Origin: Takakia lepidozioides | Lineage: Eukaryota; Plantae; Bryophyta | Direction of reading: 5' to 3' | DNA length: 64,000 nucleotides | Assembly (NCBI GenBank): GCA_030704615.1 | Contig: CM060734.1 | Coordinates: 2,852,001 to 2,916,000, forward strand | Shown: positions 61,805-64,000 of the stretch, piece after piece | Position numbering within the stretch: position 1 is the stretch's first letter | How the letters are laid out: each line of letters opens with the position of its first letter | Notes under the pieces: model-generated | The model's input: only the letters and a program-made list of their open reading frames with translations | Told to the model about the DNA's origin: nothing | The model's database searches: none | Made by a program: the position numbers and the translations under genes

Positions 61805-62210
61805 AAAATGAGTCCGCCTATATTGGCAGTCGCATATAATTTATTATTTTTAATAAAAGCGACTGCCCATATTGGCGGTCGCTTGTAATTTAATATTTTG
61901 TTAAATTAAGCGACCGCCAGTATTGGCGGTCGCCCGTAATTTATTTATTTATAAATGAAACGACCGCCGAAATTGGCGGTCGCCCGTAATTTATTTATTT
62001 TTAAATGAAATGACCTCCCATATTGGCGGTCGCCCGTAATTTATTTATTTTTAAATGAAGCGACCGCCCAAATTGGCGGTCGCCCGTAATTTATTTATTT
62101 ATAAATGAAGCGACCGCCCATATTGGCGTTCGCCCGTAATTTATTTATTTTTAAATGAAGCGACCGCCCATATTGGCGGTCGCTTGTATTTTATTACATT
62201 TTAAAATAAG
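61805..62210. repeat. 8 x 50-bp tandem array of GCGACCGCC-N6-GGCGGTCGC palindromes with AT-rich linkers
   Basis: Units at about 61810, 61860, 61911, 61961, 62011, 62061, 62111 and 62161. Confidence 0.95.
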
Positions 62211-62302
62211 CGGTCGCGTGTTTTTTCTTTTCTTAGAAATCCTAGGACCCGCCGTGTGGCGTTTTGTTTTTTATTTTTAATCATGAAGCGGCGCCTCGGC
62301 CA

Positions 62303-62528
62303 GCCACGTGGCGAGGTGCCACGGGTCAGGAAAAACGAAACAAATGGGATGGGGGAGGTGGTTTTGAACCCTTGACCTCTCCTATGTGGGTGCGCGTGGC
62401 GAGGTGCGACTGGCCAGTCGCGCCGCGCTGACATGTGGCGAGGCGCCACTGGCCTGTCGCGCCTTTTCAAGCATAATGCCATTTTTATTTTTTGGGGGAG
62501 GGAGGGGGCTGGTGGGCGCCTATATAAA
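62303..62528 (+). promoter_or_regulatory. Putative kinase-gene promoter (G-box and TATA)
   Basis: GCCACGTGGC at about 62303, repeated GTGGCGAGG, TATATAAA at 62521 followed by a pyrimidine-rich tract. Confidence 0.45.
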
Positions 62529-62846
62529 CCATTCCCCCCTCCTTTTCTGATCACTTTTGCCCCTCTTGTGGTGTGGTTCCTTGGCAACCTGTAGTCCTTT
62601 CGGACTTCGTTATTTGGCACTGCCAACAAGAGGTGCAAAGGTGATTATTTGGGGGGGAGGTTTTGTCGGTTTTCTATTGGTCAGTCCCACACACTTGTTC
62701 ACGGTACAATCATCGTATCACCATTTTGCCGTTTCCGGATCTCCGGCGGCTTGGTTTTTTGCAAAAAACTACGAAGACACCATCCACACGCGTTTATTGT
62801 CATTTTTCTGAGGTTTTGGACCCTGTAGTGTGCAAAGATTTATACA

Positions 62847-64000
62847 ATGTCGGGGGTTGTGAATTCAAGTTCTGGGGCGGGATCGTCTGGGGGGCGGAGG
62901 AAGAGAAAACTTGCCCACGAGCCGGATAGCCAGATCAATAAGCCAGACTACCCGGGACCGGATGCCTTGGATAGGATGAAAGAAGTGGTAGCGGATTATT
63001 TCAAGGGTAGGGACATGATGAGGCTGGAGAGTGCTTATGTTAGGCATGGATGGGAAGGGTTTCAGATTTTCCAGCAAAATATGGAGAGGAAAATGACAAA
63101 CGCTTTGGCGGGGGCGGACAGGGACAAGCCAAAGTTCAATCGGTGGATCCAAAGCAGGGCGAAAGACACCACGTGGAATTTGAGGCAGCTAATGAAGACA
63201 TGGAAGGGTAGAACAACCGAGGGTAGAACAACCGAGGGTCGAGTGCCCTCCGCCGAAGCCGAGTTAATGCGGCGTGTTGAGTATTGGGCTTGCTCGGCAA
63301 GTCAGAATTCACATCGCCGGACTAGGGTTGTCCATTGGAAGGCGGGGTCATCGGGCGGGGGATGCACAACTGGTCTTTATTACCTGAACTCTAGTGCGAA
63401 GGTGGTAGAGATTGGCCCTTACAAAGAAGGAGGGTATGCTAAGGTCCGTCACTGTAGGATTGTTGGCGATTCTAGAATACCGGAGCGTTGGGAGCTAGCG
63501 GGAAAAAAACCCAAGTCCAAAAATCCAGAAAATGCGTTGAGACAACATAACGACGAGTGTTTGGCAGTGAAGTTCTAGCATCCGGGTGTTATCTCGTATT
63601 TTGCTATGAATGCACATGAGGTAGAGGGTTACACTTGCTGGTGGAATGGGAGGACAATACGCGACATGATGAACCTTGACAGAAAATGGGGCAACGATTC
63701 GGACAACAGGGTGATTTTGGAACAAGGGGAACGGAAGCAGAGTTCCAGGAATGCGATCGCTTGCTTCGTTTCCGGAAAGTGTGCAGTAAACTTGCATGGG
63801 CACTGGTGTACATCATGGATGATGTCCACAAGAACGGTATCATGCACAACGACTTGTCCCCCGACAACATCTTGTTGCATTTTCCAGATGGCACCGATGA
63901 GATCAAGATTGGGGTGTGTGATTGGGGCTTAGCCACCCCATTGGGCATACGCAAAGCCTTGTCGTACCAGTTTGAATACCAAGACAAGCTGGACCGGGAA
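62847..64000 (+). pseudogene. Divergent protein kinase gene (runs off the window; premature stop and frameshift)
   Basis: EGGYAKVR (G-loop), LAGKK, HNDECL, HPGVI, MHNDLSPDNILL, VCDWGLA; TAG at 63576-63578 and a frameshift at about 63730. Confidence 0.88.

Noticed and set aside
61805-62210. CRISPR-like palindromic repeat-spacer pattern
   Set aside because: The spacers are near-identical AT-rich linkers, there are no cas genes and the context is eukaryotic; it is a tandem repeat.
62821-62830. CCTGTAGTG as the right TIR matching CACTACAGG at 43716
   Set aside because: Only 9 bp match, the 3-bp flanks differ (TTT vs TGC), there are no adjacent subterminal repeats, and it fits a splice acceptor before the kinase ATG.

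Overview
Eukaryotic, land-plant genomic DNA; a bryophyte, lycophyte or fern is likely, but this is inference only. Bases 1-37371 hold the 3' 17 exons of a + strand ATX3/4/5-clade histone H3K4 methyltransferase gene (SAND-like, PHD, ePHD, SET, post-SET). All splice phases join in frame, one intron is GC-AG, and introns reach 16.7 kb. The introns are packed with two RTE/RTEX-like LINE families, two sister Copia elements and a small TRIM-like LTR element. Downstream is a transposon-rich block, in order: (i) a decayed CACTA (TnpD) element whose first intron holds its own divergent SET-domain exon; (ii) a CACTA end, then an hAT MITE carrying a tRNA-derived SINE; (iii) a mosaic of host gene fragments (family-A DNA polymerase C-terminus, UMP-CMP kinase exon, 5'-truncated scramblase) and an orphan spliced gene; (iv) a full-length single-ORF LINE stacked head-to-tail with truncated copies at a (TC)n site; (v) Plavaka and Copia remnants; (vi) a head-to-head FCP1/NIF-type pseudo-phosphatase gene and protein kinase gene separated by an 8 x 50-bp palindromic GCGAC array. 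Best candidates for new biology: CACTA-like elements carrying chromatin/signalling enzymes (SET, kinase, NIF), and a TC-targeting tail-less LINE. All calls come from manual reading and motif recall; no database searches were run.
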